From Escherichia virus TH47, in the sequence record MT446416.1: 64,000 nt of DNA; one strand, given 5' to 3'. The notes beneath the pieces are model-generated. The model was not told the DNA's origin, made no database searches, and saw only the letters and a list, made by a program, of their open reading frames with translations. A program made the translations under genes and the position numbers. Shown here piece after piece: positions 10,414-20,083 of the stretch; within the stretch, counting starts at the first letter, position 1; every line of letters begins with the position of its first letter.

Positions 10414-10608
10414 TCATTTGGTGTTAAAATATTCACTGAAATGATTATAACACAAAAGCACCACGATGTTAAGCACTCTGTTGTCAAAATCATCTTGTGA
10501 TGCAGGATGCAATGACGCATTGATGTTAAAATTCACTATATCATTGTGGAATTGGTATGTGAACAAATCAAACTTCGTATGCCTTTGTTGGATATCATAA
10601 GCGTTCAT
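10414..10608 (-). CDS. hypothetical small protein
   Basis: 64-aa ORF starting 2 nt after stop of upstream gene. Confidence 0.35.
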   Translation of the reverse strand: MNAYDIQQRHTKFDLFTYQFHNDIVNFNINASLHPASQDDFDNRVLNIVVLLCYNHFSEYFNTK

Positions 10609-10609
10609 A

Positions 10610-11218
10610 TTATATATTCAACCCTTGAATGCAGGAAATAAATTCTTTGTATACATTTTCAGGTAAAGCTCTACTACCATAAAGAACACTAAATTCAGGT
10701 AACATATTCGAAATCTCTTTCGCTAAATTTATTTCATCCCTGAACATTTGCACAGGCATGATATCCTGTACCAATGATAACTGAAAGAAAAATGATTCAA
10801 TATCTTCATGTATCTCTGAATTTAAATAAATCTCTTCTGGAAACTCTTCTGTACTGTAATAATAAAATACGTCAATTCTTTTATCATTATTATTCACAAG
10901 AGGTAAATTTCTTTCGTCTCTCTTATTAATATTTGTTTTCCATGACTCAATGTTATTCGGAACCCAAAACTCATAAGGTGTCTTCTCTCCTGAAATATTA
11001 TCCAGCTTCAATCCATAATATTCACCTTCTCCGTACTTTTGCTTCAAAACAATACCTGCACTACTAATGTTTACAATGTACGGATCAACAATCCCCTCTG
11101 CGGTAAAAGGAATATTTAACTCTGAACCTTCAGGGTACTTAGCATTGAATGCATCTAATGCTTTACTTAGCACTGGAATTGCACTTGTACTGTACTTCAT
11201 TAATTGGTCTATGTTCAT
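10610..11218 (-). CDS. FamA paralog, function unknown
   Basis: motif ESFFFQLSLVQDIM. Confidence 0.6.
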   Translation of the reverse strand: MNIDQLMKYSTSAIPVLSKALDAFNAKYPEGSELNIPFTAEGIVDPYIVNISSAGIVLKQKYGEGEYYGLKLDNISGEKTPYEFWVPNNIESWKTNINKRDERNLPLVNNNDKRIDVFYYYSTEEFPEEIYLNSEIHEDIESFFFQLSLVQDIMPVQMFRDEINLAKEISNMLPEFSVLYGSRALPENVYKEFISCIQGLNI

Positions 11219-11781
11219 TTTAATTCCCCTGTAATCATACTGATATTTGAACGATACATATCGTACACTGTACTTTCTTTCTTGTGCACAATGAAATCAT
11301 AAAGATCAACGAATGCAGAAATAATAATCTTGAATGATTTATTTGGGTACGTCCCAAAATCAACTGTACTCAATTTTGCAACGAGCATAACAACAAAGAT
11401 TTCTTCTGGACTATGCAATGTACTGTACTGAAAATATTCCTCAGCACTCATGGCACTTATTGCATTTATATCTTGTGTTTGTAATGTAATATTAAGATAT
11501 TCAAAAATAGAATAAAACTCTGATTTTGTTTGTATTTTGTATTTTGTTTGTATTTTGTATTTGTCAATTGGGGTATCTCTCATGAACCATAAACGATCTT
11601 GTTCATAAAAAGGAATGATTGAATTTGGGGAAGCCAGAAATACTTCTTCTCTATCAATATCTTTTAACTCAATTTGCATACCGGATGAATTGGCAATAAT
11701 TAATTCATGAAAAATATAATGAACCTTATGTACCATCTCTTGTACTGAATTGAAATCATCTGGTATTTTAAAATTTTCCAT
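11215..11781 (-). CDS. FamA paralog, function unknown
   Basis: motif AEEYFQYSTLHSPEE. Confidence 0.6.
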   Translation of the reverse strand: MENFKIPDDFNSVQEMVHKVHYIFHELIIANSSGMQIELKDIDREEVFLASPNSIIPFYEQDRLWFMRDTPIDKYKIQTKYKIQTKSEFYSIFEYLNITLQTQDINAISAMSAEEYFQYSTLHSPEEIFVVMLVAKLSTVDFGTYPNKSFKIIISAFVDLYDFIVHKKESTVYDMYRSNISMITGELK

Positions 11782-11856
11782 AGGTATCTCCTTAAAAAAT
11801 GATTACATATTGTACCATGCATTTGTACTCGTGTCAAACGAAAAAAAGCCCATATC

Positions 11857-12354
11857 TTACGATACAGGCATGTTTATTTGAATTTCATTGTACAAATCAT
11901 CAATATATAGACATGAAAAAGATACACTATCTTTAACTATATTGTTGTGATAAAGCATTTTAAACACAATATAGAAAAATAAATCAATATCATCATGTAC
12001 TAAATTCTGCTGGAACCACCACTCTTCTGTTAAATCTTGTGCATTAAAATCATCAGGAACTTCAATGAACGACATATCACCATCTTCTTTGTACTCAAAC
12101 CACATGTCGTCATTCGGATAACGTTCATGCTTCTCTGGGTAACAATTGGTGGGATTAAATGCTAAAATATAAAACGCCGTCGAAGAATATTCTTTATTTA
12201 GAAATGAATTATTCCACACCTGATACCTTTCACCAACATCAAACTCTGGTGCTACTGATTTTATTGCACATAATGTACTGTATATTGTTTCTATCTTGTG
12301 AACAAATTTAAAGGCAGCATCTAAACTAAACTCTAAATCATACATGTACTGCAT
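11857..12354 (-). CDS. FamA paralog, function unknown
   Basis: motif EEWWFQQNLVHDDID. Confidence 0.55.
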   Translation of the reverse strand: MQYMYDLEFSLDAAFKFVHKIETIYSTLCAIKSVAPEFDVGERYQVWNNSFLNKEYSSTAFYILAFNPTNCYPEKHERYPNDDMWFEYKEDGDMSFIEVPDDFNAQDLTEEWWFQQNLVHDDIDLFFYIVFKMLYHNNIVKDSVSFSCLYIDDLYNEIQINMPVS

Positions 12355-12674
12355 AAAATTACCTCAACTAAAGCAAGGACTGTATTGAATTCCAAATTAC
12401 TTGTAATTCCTTGAAGGTACATGTACTTTGCTACTACATATTTCTGTACTAAATTATAATTTTTAAATTTCTCAAAATTGTAATTTAGAACAAAATCTGT
12501 ACTCAAAAATAACTTATGCATCTCTAATGCACTTTGATAATATTGGTACAACTCACTGATATCAATACTGGTTAAATTATATTGTTCATATCTATGATAC
12601 GGGATGGCTTCAATTTCAATACTATAAAACCATTCTCTTAACTTATTAATATCAAATGTATTATTCAGCTTCAT
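12333..12674 (-). CDS. hypothetical protein
   Basis: 113-aa ORF, no family motif seen. Confidence 0.45.
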   Translation of the reverse strand: MKLNNTFDINKLREWFYSIEIEAIPYHRYEQYNLTSIDISELYQYYQSALEMHKLFLSTDFVLNYNFEKFKNYNLVQKYVVAKYMYLQGITSNLEFNTVLALVEVILCSTCMI

Positions 12675-13245
12675 AACTCAATACCTCCATTAAGCACTCA
12701 TAAACACCATCAATCGCATAAGCACAAAAATTGAAATTAATTTTGTGATTCTTGTGTAATGGACTATTGTGTACTGTACTAATAAGGACATTATAAAACA
12801 ACAAACGCACTGGTACAAGCATTGAACCTTGGAAAAATTCTTCCTCTGATTTATATGTATTGTACTCTATTGCTTTGTTCGTTTCTTTATCATATTTTAC
12901 CATTACTAACGGGGTATTTTTATTATACCATGCGTACTCTAAATCATTATTTCCAATAACAGCACCAGGGGAGAAATCCAAAAGACCAATAACACTACTT
13001 GCATTTGGTGTATATGGTGTATTGAATCGTTTATCAAAATGACTCGTGCACGCAATATGTGAATTAAAATCAGATGGTTTAAACCCTATGCACGCGTTAA
13101 TTATTCTTGTATATGGTTTTTTATTATGTGCTGCTTTCTGGGCATTATATAAGGCTGCAACAATACAAGCTAACTTTTGCCCCATAAGGATTGCATTAGC
13201 GTAGGTGTACTGAATATCATTGCTGGTACGGTACTTCGAGGTCAT
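12661..13245 (-). CDS. FamA paralog, function unknown
   Basis: motif EEEFFQGSMLVP. Confidence 0.55.
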   Translation of the reverse strand: MTSKYRTSNDIQYTYANAILMGQKLACIVAALYNAQKAAHNKKPYTRIINACIGFKPSDFNSHIACTSHFDKRFNTPYTPNASSVIGLLDFSPGAVIGNNDLEYAWYNKNTPLVMVKYDKETNKAIEYNTYKSEEEFFQGSMLVPVRLLFYNVLISTVHNSPLHKNHKINFNFCAYAIDGVYECLMEVLSYEAE

Positions 13246-13528
13246 AATATTTCCTTTGCCATATCATGGGCTTAAAATCAATAACAGCTTTCTGTATCTT
13301 TTTTAATAATAAGACATCATAACCACCCGTGTCAATCACTAATTGCTGTTGGAACAATTCTTCATCGGATAATGTATTGAAATCTACAAAATAATCTGTA
13401 ACTATCGAATCATTTAAATGTGCCATGTACCAACCTGAACTTCTTGAATAAATCAAATTCCACCCATCGTCATCATCTTCTAATTCAACATAAATCATAT
13501 CTGGGGTATACATCATTTTATACTTCAT
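13217..13528 (-). CDS. FamA paralog, function unknown
   Basis: motif DEELFQQQLVIDTGG. Confidence 0.6.
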   Translation of the reverse strand: MKYKMMYTPDMIYVELEDDDDGWNLIYSRSSGWYMAHLNDSIVTDYFVDFNTLSDEELFQQQLVIDTGGYDVLLLKKIQKAVIDFKPMIWQRKYYDLEVPYQQ

Positions 13529-14024
13529 AACTATATCCTTGCATCAAAATATCATAAACGTTTGAAAGGTACGGAATTTTGATATAAAATTTAAAACCCT
13601 TAATTAAAGGATTCGCGTACAATGAACTGAATAACTTTAGATAATGTATTTGACGAGGACTGTATAATAACGATTTCTGAAATAATTCAGAACTACAATC
13701 TGAACTAATATCAATTAAATCAATTCGTGCTTCTACTTCATCATTTTGTTTCAAATCATAAAAGAAATAATCGTTTGTGTTGACCCACAAATACCCTTCA
13801 CTATTTTCGTATATAACAGGAGATGCTTGTTCTGGATTGCCTTGGGCAAATGCTGCAAAACAAACTTTTGCATTACTTTCATCTTTAAACAAAAACGATA
13901 ATTTATCATATCTATCTTCTATGCGTAAATCACCTATATAAATGTACTTATACATAGAATGATTATTCTTGAGCATAAGCATTACTGTACTAATCTTGTG
14001 TGCTAATAATTCTATCTCATTCAT
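13518..14024 (-). CDS. FamA paralog, function unknown
   Basis: motif SSELFQKSLLYSP; N-term MNEIELLAHKIST and C-term LMQGYSYEV identical to 14096-14650. Confidence 0.6.
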   Translation of the reverse strand: MNEIELLAHKISTVMLMLKNNHSMYKYIYIGDLRIEDRYDKLSFLFKDESNAKVCFAAFAQGNPEQASPVIYENSEGYLWVNTNDYFFYDLKQNDEVEARIDLIDISSDCSSELFQKSLLYSPRQIHYLKLFSSLYANPLIKGFKFYIKIPYLSNVYDILMQGYSYEV

Positions 14025-14039
14025 ATATTATTACCTATT

Positions 14040-14105
14040 GATGGATGCATCATCTTCTAATTCAACATAAATCATATCTTGGGGTATACATCATTTTATA
14101 CTTCA
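14040..14105 (-). pseudogene. duplicated fragment of the 5' end of gene 13217-13528
   Basis: ~65 nt near-identical to 13480-13545 with a 1-nt indel; part of a tandem duplication. Confidence 0.35.
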
Positions 14106-14650
14106 TAACTGTATCCTTGCATTAAAAGATCATAAACTACATGGACTAAATTTAATTGAATATAAAATTTTAAACCTTTAATTAATGGATTCAAATGCAT
14201 TGTACTGAATAACATTAGATACATCATCTCATGCGGTTTTGTGATTAATGATTTTTGAAATACTTCAGCTTCATCATAAGGGTCTATGAACTGAAATTTG
14301 TCTTCATCATAATTTGTATTGGAATGCTGATATATAAAATAATCATCATTGGTATTGTACCACAAATACCCTTCGAATCCTGTACTAACATCTTTGGTCA
14401 ATGGGGATGCTGATACTGGATTTGAACTGATTAATGCACCTACATCAACAATCCCCGTTGTATCATATTCGATTTCATCATCAATGTCAATATCAATGTA
14501 TTTCCTTGCGATATCTGCGTTTATGGACAAATATAAACTACCACCTGTCCTCTGACTCAGGATTCCATCTATCTGCGATATAGGATGGTTGTTATTGAGG
14601 ATAAGCATTATTGTACTAATCTTGTGTGCTAATAATTCTATCTCATTCAT
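14096..14650 (-). CDS. FamA paralog, function unknown (recent duplicate of 13518-14024)
   Basis: motif AEVFQKSLITKP; shared N- and C-termini with 13518-14024. Confidence 0.6.
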   Translation of the reverse strand: MNEIELLAHKISTIMLILNNNHPISQIDGILSQRTGGSLYLSINADIARKYIDIDIDDEIEYDTTGIVDVGALISSNPVSASPLTKDVSTGFEGYLWYNTNDDYFIYQHSNTNYDEDKFQFIDPYDEAEVFQKSLITKPHEMMYLMLFSTMHLNPLIKGLKFYIQLNLVHVVYDLLMQGYSYEV

Positions 14651-14658
14651 AATTTACC

Positions 14659-14835
14659 TTATGGATTCGGGTGCAATAAATGATCTTGATAATTTAAATG
14701 TTCTATTGTAACTAATGAAAGATAATAATTGTAATTATCTATACCACCCTTTAAATGTATATTGTAAAACATCTTGATACTTACTAATAAAGAATCATTT
14801 AAATCATTTATTGCTTTTGTATTAACGTCTTTCAT
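14659..14835 (-). CDS. hypothetical small protein (58 aa)
   Basis: manual translation MKDVNTKAINDLNDSLLVSIKMFYNIHLKGG...; below ORF-track length cutoff. Confidence 0.3.
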   Translation of the reverse strand: MKDVNTKAINDLNDSLLVSIKMFYNIHLKGGIDNYNYYLSLVTIEHLNYQDHLLHPNP

Positions 14836-15032
14836 TAATGTTCTTCTCTTAAAAAACGCTTAATGGCACAATCTAAATAAAAATCATAATACATCATATC
14901 TCGATTCTTAACCCATACACAATAATCTGCATTAATATTTCTTAATAATATATTCATATTATAATCTTCACTCCCTAATCGTGCCATTTGATAGGATACT
15001 CCTTCCCTTGCACTACATAAGATATAATCCAT
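14835..15032 (-). CDS. hypothetical small protein
   Basis: 65-aa ORF. Confidence 0.4.
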   Translation of the reverse strand: MDYILCSAREGVSYQMARLGSEDYNMNILLRNINADYCVWVKNRDMMYYDFYLDCAIKRFLREEH

Positions 15033-15364
15033 CCGTAATGAATAGGACTATTCTTGTCTCCTTTTGGAATAAAATATAAAGATGTACTGGAATTATAACT
15101 GAATAAATCATTATTGTCAAATGTAAAATGAGATAACGTTATCTTCCTTGAACTTGGACTAATAACATTCTTAACACCGAACACTGTATCTTGATATTTC
15201 TCTGAAAATTCAAACAATGCATCTGTAATTAAATCATTGAATTCTATATATAATGGTTTAAAAGAACCATCCTTATCTTGGAACTCCTTATATAAAGAAC
15301 TTCTGGTATTCAAAAGAAATATTACTTTTTTAAGATCCTGAACTATTTCTGGATTCATATTCAT
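14975..15364 (-). CDS. hypothetical protein
   Basis: 129-aa ORF; start uncertain. Confidence 0.45.
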   Translation of the reverse strand: MNMNPEIVQDLKKVIFLLNTRSSLYKEFQDKDGSFKPLYIEFNDLITDALFEFSEKYQDTVFGVKNVISPSSRKITLSHFTFDNNDLFSYNSSTSLYFIPKGDKNSPIHYGWIISYVVQGKEYPIKWHD

Positions 15365-15623
15365 TTATCTCATTCATCTCATTCTGTAACTTATGCATCA
15401 AAATTTGTATATTAATTTTTTTTCCAAGGTGATTGAGAAATTTCTGTACCATTTCTTCTTGTACTGATGTACCAAGATAAAATAACATATTAAATTCCGA
15501 TAATCTCAGAGCAAAATCTTCCTCTCCCCCTCGTAAACAAAAATCCCTGTACTTTGATGCATACAAATAACGGTTTATTTTTTTGTACATTTGGGTCTGC
15601 ATTGTATCTCCTTTTTCAAACAC
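15330..15623 (-). CDS. FamB-like small protein
   Basis: motif FYLGTSVQEE. Confidence 0.5.
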   Translation of the reverse strand: MFEKGDTMQTQMYKKINRYLYASKYRDFCLRGGEEDFALRLSEFNMLFYLGTSVQEEMVQKFLNHLGKKINIQILMHKLQNEMNEINEYESRNSSGS

Positions 15624-15787
15624 CTTATTAGATTATCAACGTATTGGTCCTGTACTATTGTCCCTAGATAAAATGATACTTCGAACTCTGCAAATTTGAT
15701 ATTAAAAGGATCTACATATACATCTTTAATAAACTCTTTGTACTTCAACAAATATTCATTAGGTAAATTCTTATATATCGATTTCAA
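15575..15787 (-). CDS. FamB-like small protein
   Basis: motif FYLGTIVQDQ. Confidence 0.5.
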   Translation of the reverse strand: MKSIYKNLPNEYLLKYKEFIKDVYVDPFNIKFAEFEVSFYLGTIVQDQYVDNLIRCLKKEIQCRPKCTKK

Positions 15788-16082
15788 TGATCCTCCCTGA
15801 CATACCTTGTATTAGCTTATCATACATATCGAGCATAACTTTTTGTATATTAATTAATACTGGCATCGTGCAAATATCAATGTCGTATATTAAGCTGTAC
15901 TGGAATAATTCCTCTTCCTGCATTTGTACTAAATTAGGTAAAAGATAATTGTCTGCCTCTTCATCCTGGTACTTGAAATGCATAACACCATTCGTTTTGT
16001 ACAATAGAATGTCAATATCACCCAATTCATAGGAATAACCAAAAATACATATACTCGATGTTTTTGCTATATTAAATTTCAT
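15771..16082 (-). CDS. FamA paralog, function unknown
   Basis: motif EEELFQYSLIYDID. Confidence 0.6.
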   Translation of the reverse strand: MKFNIAKTSSICIFGYSYELGDIDILLYKTNGVMHFKYQDEEADNYLLPNLVQMQEEELFQYSLIYDIDICTMPVLINIQKVMLDMYDKLIQGMSGRIIEIDI

Positions 16083-16091
16083 ATTATTCTC

Positions 16092-16415
16092 TTATATGTG
16101 GAATTCACATACGTGTTGAACAAAATTCTTTGGAAGATGACAATGTGATATCATCTGCTTTTGTACTTCCTTCATATCTTCGAATGTAAATCCTAAAGAA
16201 TCATCATGTACTAACAAGTACTGAAACTCTTCTTCTTCAGAGATAGAACATAAATTCGGTACTGAAATTGTTTTTGTTTTTCTTGCACCCAATTTCCAAT
16301 GAAAAGAATTATCACATTTTCTGTACTCAAATATCTTCAACCCAGAACCCGTATTAAAATCAGCTACTACAATGTAACAAGAATTCTTACGTACAATACA
16401 ATTGAACTTACGCAT
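16092..16415 (-). CDS. FamA paralog, function unknown
   Basis: motif EEEEFQYLLVHDD; start at ATG 16413-16415 preceded by GGAGA. Confidence 0.55.
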   Translation of the reverse strand: MRKFNCIVRKNSCYIVVADFNTGSGLKIFEYRKCDNSFHWKLGARKTKTISVPNLCSISEEEEFQYLLVHDDSLGFTFEDMKEVQKQMISHCHLPKNFVQHVCEFHI

Positions 16416-16719
16416 TATCTCCACCTCTCCCCGTCTGTACAAGAGTACTGGTACGTTGTCGTTATGGTAGGGACCATGTTTGTAATGGGCATATTATTAA
16501 CAATAACGGTAACAGGCATAAGAATCGTCTCTACTCTACTCTGTCCTGTCTTTGTGCAATTCATCTTCTGCATTTCATCTGAATCCATGAAATACAATAC
16601 AAATGGTGCAATCCCAAGAACAATACACAAGACGATAAGGAAATTTAAAAAATTTAACATAATTTTTACCCTATGATTAACGTTAGTGTACTATATCAGT
16701 AATGAAAAGTACTGTCAAG

Positions 16720-17115
16720 CTAGTATTGCACTGTTCTAATGAAAGTACCTTTACTCATGGATTTAAGCTTATGAACCTCTTCCTGTATACCCTTGAGCAA
16801 CCCTAAAGGTATAGGTACATCATGTACTAAGCTGTACTGAAAGTATTCTTCTTCAGATAAAGTACTAACATCTGGAACGCCAATTTTAGTTATATAATCT
16901 TGATGTGTTGACCAATAAATTATATCTTCAGTAGAATTGTACTCCCCATATACTGAACAATATTGATGAATATCTTTCCTGTACCCTTGAGCAATAAAGA
17001 ACTTATCTACTGCATTACCAGCATTAATAGAATTCACTTCGATTGTCACAGTACTTGAGCTTGTATAACTCTTAATATTATCAGTACTCAACTGTGTGTT
17101 CTTCATAATCACCAT
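16720..17115 (-). CDS. FamA paralog, function unknown
   Basis: motif EEEYFQYSLVHDV. Confidence 0.6.
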   Translation of the reverse strand: MVIMKNTQLSTDNIKSYTSSSTVTIEVNSINAGNAVDKFFIAQGYRKDIHQYCSVYGEYNSTEDIIYWSTHQDYITKIGVPDVSTLSEEEYFQYSLVHDVPIPLGLLKGIQEEVHKLKSMSKGTFIRTVQY

Positions 17116-17425
17116 TAGGCTCCTGTTTAGATTCTTTCATTAGTACTATCATCTTATGTACTAATGGCATAGGAAACTCTAAATCCCATACTAATGATTC
17201 CTGGAAGTATTCCTCTGGTGATAAAGTACTTAAATCTTTAATATCAACGTGCTTGTATATTTTATTTTCGTAATTAACAAATGATATATATAAATCACTA
17301 ACATAAGAATCATAGGTAATTGTGAATGGCTTACCCTTGTAATCCATTACATCTCTACATAGACTACTTTTGATATATGTATGTTCAAATGATTTATATA
17401 CCTTGAGTTTTATATTAGTTTTCAT
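17081..17425 (-). CDS. FamA paralog, function unknown
   Basis: motif PEEYFQESLVWDLE. Confidence 0.6.
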   Translation of the reverse strand: MKTNIKLKVYKSFEHTYIKSSLCRDVMDYKGKPFTITYDSYVSDLYISFVNYENKIYKHVDIKDLSTLSPEEYFQESLVWDLEFPMPLVHKMIVLMKESKQEPNGDYEEHTVEY

Positions 17426-17690
17426 ATTTCTCTTTATTAGCTTGTTTGGTTTTATAGTGAATGAAATCTATTAATGTAATCAAGTACAACGTCAAATAGT
17501 ACTCTTGTTGATCTGTACCTAATGATACAAAGAACTTGTGCTCATAGATTAAAACCTGTTTCTCTTCAAATGGACATTTAATCCTCTGTATAGGCTTAAG
17601 TAAATGATAGTACTTATTAAATCTATGATACATTTCTAGTTCTGTCAGTACTTTCATATTAAACACATACTCCATTAGCAGTAGCATCAC
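17415..17690 (-). CDS. FamB small protein
   Basis: motif VSLGTDQQEY. Confidence 0.55.
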   Translation of the reverse strand: MMLLLMEYVFNMKVLTELEMYHRFNKYYHLLKPIQRIKCPFEEKQVLIYEHKFFVSLGTDQQEYYLTLYLITLIDFIHYKTKQANKEKYEN

Positions 17691-17880
17691 GTAAAGCTGT
17701 CAAATACTTCTGTACGGCTTGCTCTTGCTTATTTGTACCTAAAAGTATATACATCCATAATTCACTGTAATGTACATCTTGTGTATAAGGGTTGTTGTAA
17801 CTTTTTGATACTATAACATCAAATTCAGATGCATGAACCCTTGTGAACTTAAGAATATCTTTTTGTGTTATGATTCTCAT
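17659..17880 (-). CDS. FamB small protein
   Basis: motif ILLGTNKQEQ. Confidence 0.55.
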   Translation of the reverse strand: MRIITQKDILKFTRVHASEFDVIVSKSYNNPYTQDVHYSELWMYILLGTNKQEQAVQKYLTALRDATANGVCV

Positions 17881-18092
17881 ATCTTTTCCTGTATAAGCTT
17901 CTTAAGAATCTCAATATGTGAATTAACAGTTCTTTATTGATGTTGTGTTCCTAAGAGTGTCAGTACTATCATCTCTGAACGCAAAAGATTTTTTTCAAGT
18001 TCACTGATATCAGTTCTTGTATCAAGTACTAAAAATTCTTGACTATTTTTTCTGAATAATGCCAAGTACTCTTGGTTTGATATTACCTTCAT
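17877..18092 (-). pseudogene. FamB member interrupted by in-frame ochre codon
   Basis: frame MKVISNQEYLALF...LLGTQHQ-TAA-RTVNSHIEILKKLIQEKI; TAA at 17934-17936; ATGA overlaps at both ends preserved. Confidence 0.45.
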
Positions 18093-18319
18093 AGTTTATC
18101 CCTGATGCCATTTAAAAGTGCTCTAATATGCTCATTGACAAAACGCTCTTGGGAATCTGTGTCTAGGGTGAGAAGCATTCTTAAATCTGAACTTTTGATA
18201 TGATATTCTAAATCATTATTTGATTCTTGCATCAGTTTCTGAAAGGATGAGAAGTTTGCTGCCATTAGTTCAATGTATTCTGCTGTTCCTAGGGGTTTGT
18301 GTATGTGCTGTCTGTGCAT
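18089..18319 (-). CDS. FamB small protein
   Basis: motif LTLDTDSQER. Confidence 0.5.
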   Translation of the reverse strand: MHRQHIHKPLGTAEYIELMAANFSSFQKLMQESNNDLEYHIKSSDLRMLLTLDTDSQERFVNEHIRALLNGIRDKL

Positions 18320-18531
18320 TTTAATTGTATTACCCTTTTGAGTGTATTAATGTAATTATACACATTGGCTTCTTGATAGTTAGTTCCTAGAGTAGCTTGA
18401 ACGTAGATTTCATTTAACTTAATAATTTTATCCGTATCTGGTAGTTTTGATGTGTTAATGGCAAATAACTTCAAAAACAGTCCATTTATGATTGTTCTGT
18501 ATTCTTCTCCGGTAATGATTCGCATTTGCAT
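18289..18531 (-). CDS. FamB small protein
   Basis: motif ATLGTNYQEA. Confidence 0.55.
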   Translation of the reverse strand: MQMRIITGEEYRTIINGLFLKLFAINTSKLPDTDKIIKLNEIYVQATLGTNYQEANVYNYINTLKRVIQLKCTDSTYTNP

Positions 18532-18737
18532 GTTCTCAGTACTGATTCTTTAAGTTCATTGATGTAGCACTCTACATATTCTTCTTGTAGGTTTGTTCCG
18601 ATATGTAACAGTACTCTTAAATCTGCTCTCAGTACTTCTTTGTCATCTTCATCTATATCAGACAGTGTTATGTTTAAGAATTTACTTGAACTCTCTATAA
18701 GTAATATTACTGAATCACCTTTGCTTAAAATTTTCAT
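18486..18737 (-). CDS. FamB small protein
   Basis: motif LHIGTNLQEE. Confidence 0.55.
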   Translation of the reverse strand: MKILSKGDSVILLIESSSKFLNITLSDIDEDDKEVLRADLRVLLHIGTNLQEEYVECYINELKESVLRTCKCESLPEKNTEQS

Positions 18738-18945
18738 AATCTCTTTTTGCTTTCCTCGCCAAAAGGTACATATACGATTCTTCGTATTGTGCTTGGTAGT
18801 TTGTGTTTAAGAGTCGAAACAACTTCTGTTCTGCTAGAACGAGTTGCTTATCTTCATAACAACGATAGCGTATCAACTTTTTGTATTCGATGTTGATTAC
18901 ATCCATTACTATAAGCCTATGTTCATCATCAGTCAAGTGTTTCAT
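18715..18945 (-). CDS. FamB small protein
   Basis: motif LLNTNYQAQ. Confidence 0.5.
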   Translation of the reverse strand: MKHLTDDEHRLIVMDVINIEYKKLIRYRCYEDKQLVLAEQKLFRLLNTNYQAQYEESYMYLLARKAKRDYENFKQR

Positions 18946-19183
18946 GCTTTTTTCTTTTCCTGATGTTCTTAGTTAAAAGGTATATTAGTTTTCTATTGTA
19001 TTCTTCCTGATAGTTTGTTCCTAATAGTGCAAGAAGTTTTGCTTCAACTAGAGCTAATTGACGTTCTTCAAATGTGTGTTCCAGTATATACTTTGGGTTT
19101 GATTTTTTAGCGTAAGCACTATTAGTTTTCATTACAATCTTATGATATTCATTAACTGTTAGGATTTTTAAATTCTTGAGCAT
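18929..19183 (-). CDS. FamB small protein
   Basis: motif LLGTNYQEE. Confidence 0.55.
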   Translation of the reverse strand: MLKNLKILTVNEYHKIVMKTNSAYAKKSNPKYILEHTFEERQLALVEAKLLALLGTNYQEEYNRKLIYLLTKNIRKRKKHETLD

Positions 19184-19409
19184 GTATCTTTTCCTTTATA
19201 GAGAATTTAAGATATCGAAGCATACTTTCAATGTAATACTCTTGTCTGTCAGTTCCAAGAAAGTACATGAGTTGAATGTATAAAACTTCTGCACTCCTTT
19301 CGGCATGTGACTTGTTTGTGTCGTTTGGAAGTTGATTTGTAAGTTTTCTGGATTTAATTAATCGTTCTTTTAACTCATCGTCTGTTAAGTATATCATTTC
19401 ACTTTTCAT
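19152..19409 (-). CDS. FamB small protein
   Basis: motif FLGTDRQEY; N-term MKSEMIYLTDDE shared with next two genes. Confidence 0.55.
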   Translation of the reverse strand: MKSEMIYLTDDELKERLIKSRKLTNQLPNDTNKSHAERSAEVLYIQLMYFLGTDRQEYYIESMLRYLKFSIKEKIHAQEFKNPNS

Positions 19410-19629
19410 TTACTTTTTCCTTAATACTCATTACAAGATGTTCAATCATATTTTGAACCATAAATTCTTGTTTATCAGTTCCAAGAACGTATGGTAGCTT
19501 CTGAAACAATACATTCGCAGACATTTCATATATTGATTGATTTGGAACGAACTTAAGAGTAATGTTATTGGCTTTTAACATCTTCTCTTGAAATTCTTCA
19601 TTCGTTAAGTATATCATTTCATTTTGCAT
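19399..19629 (-). CDS. FamB small protein
   Basis: motif VLGTDKQEF; N-term MQNEMIYLTNEE. Confidence 0.55.
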   Translation of the reverse strand: MQNEMIYLTNEEFQEKMLKANNITLKFVPNQSIYEMSANVLFQKLPYVLGTDKQEFMVQNMIEHLVMSIKEKVNEK

Positions 19630-19855
19630 TTACTTTTTCCTTAATAGTAATTTTGAGATATTTAATTATACGTTCAATGTGATACTCTTGTCTATCAGTT
19701 CCCAGAAGATATGGTAGTGATTGGAATAAAACTTCTGCACTCCTTTCTGCTGGGGTTTGGTTTGTGTTGTGAGGAAGTTTATTTGTAAGTCTTTTGGATT
19801 TAGATAGTCTTTCTGATAACTCATCATGTGTTAAGTATATCATTTCCTTTTGCAT
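19619..19855 (-). CDS. FamB small protein
   Basis: motif LLGTDRQEY; N-term MQKEMIYLTHDE. Confidence 0.55.
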   Translation of the reverse strand: MQKEMIYLTHDELSERLSKSKRLTNKLPHNTNQTPAERSAEVLFQSLPYLLGTDRQEYHIERIIKYLKITIKEKVNAK

Positions 19856-20083
19856 TTACATTCTCTCATGTGCATTTTGGGTTAAAAGATCAATCCAGAT
19901 TTCCACATATCGTTGTTGGTGTTGCGTCCCTAACAGTACACCTAACTTGGCTTCGGACTCTAATATCATTCTGGTTTTGAACGGTAGACTTTGAAATCCT
20001 ATTGTAGCATCTAATTTGGTAATTGCATATTTGATTCGGATGAATCTTTCTTGTAATGTGATGTTGATCATTTCACAGTACAC
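19856..20083 (-). CDS. FamB small protein
   Basis: motif LLGTQHQQR. Confidence 0.55.
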   Translation of the reverse strand: MYCEMINITLQERFIRIKYAITKLDATIGFQSLPFKTRMILESEAKLGVLLGTQHQQRYVEIWIDLLTQNAHERM

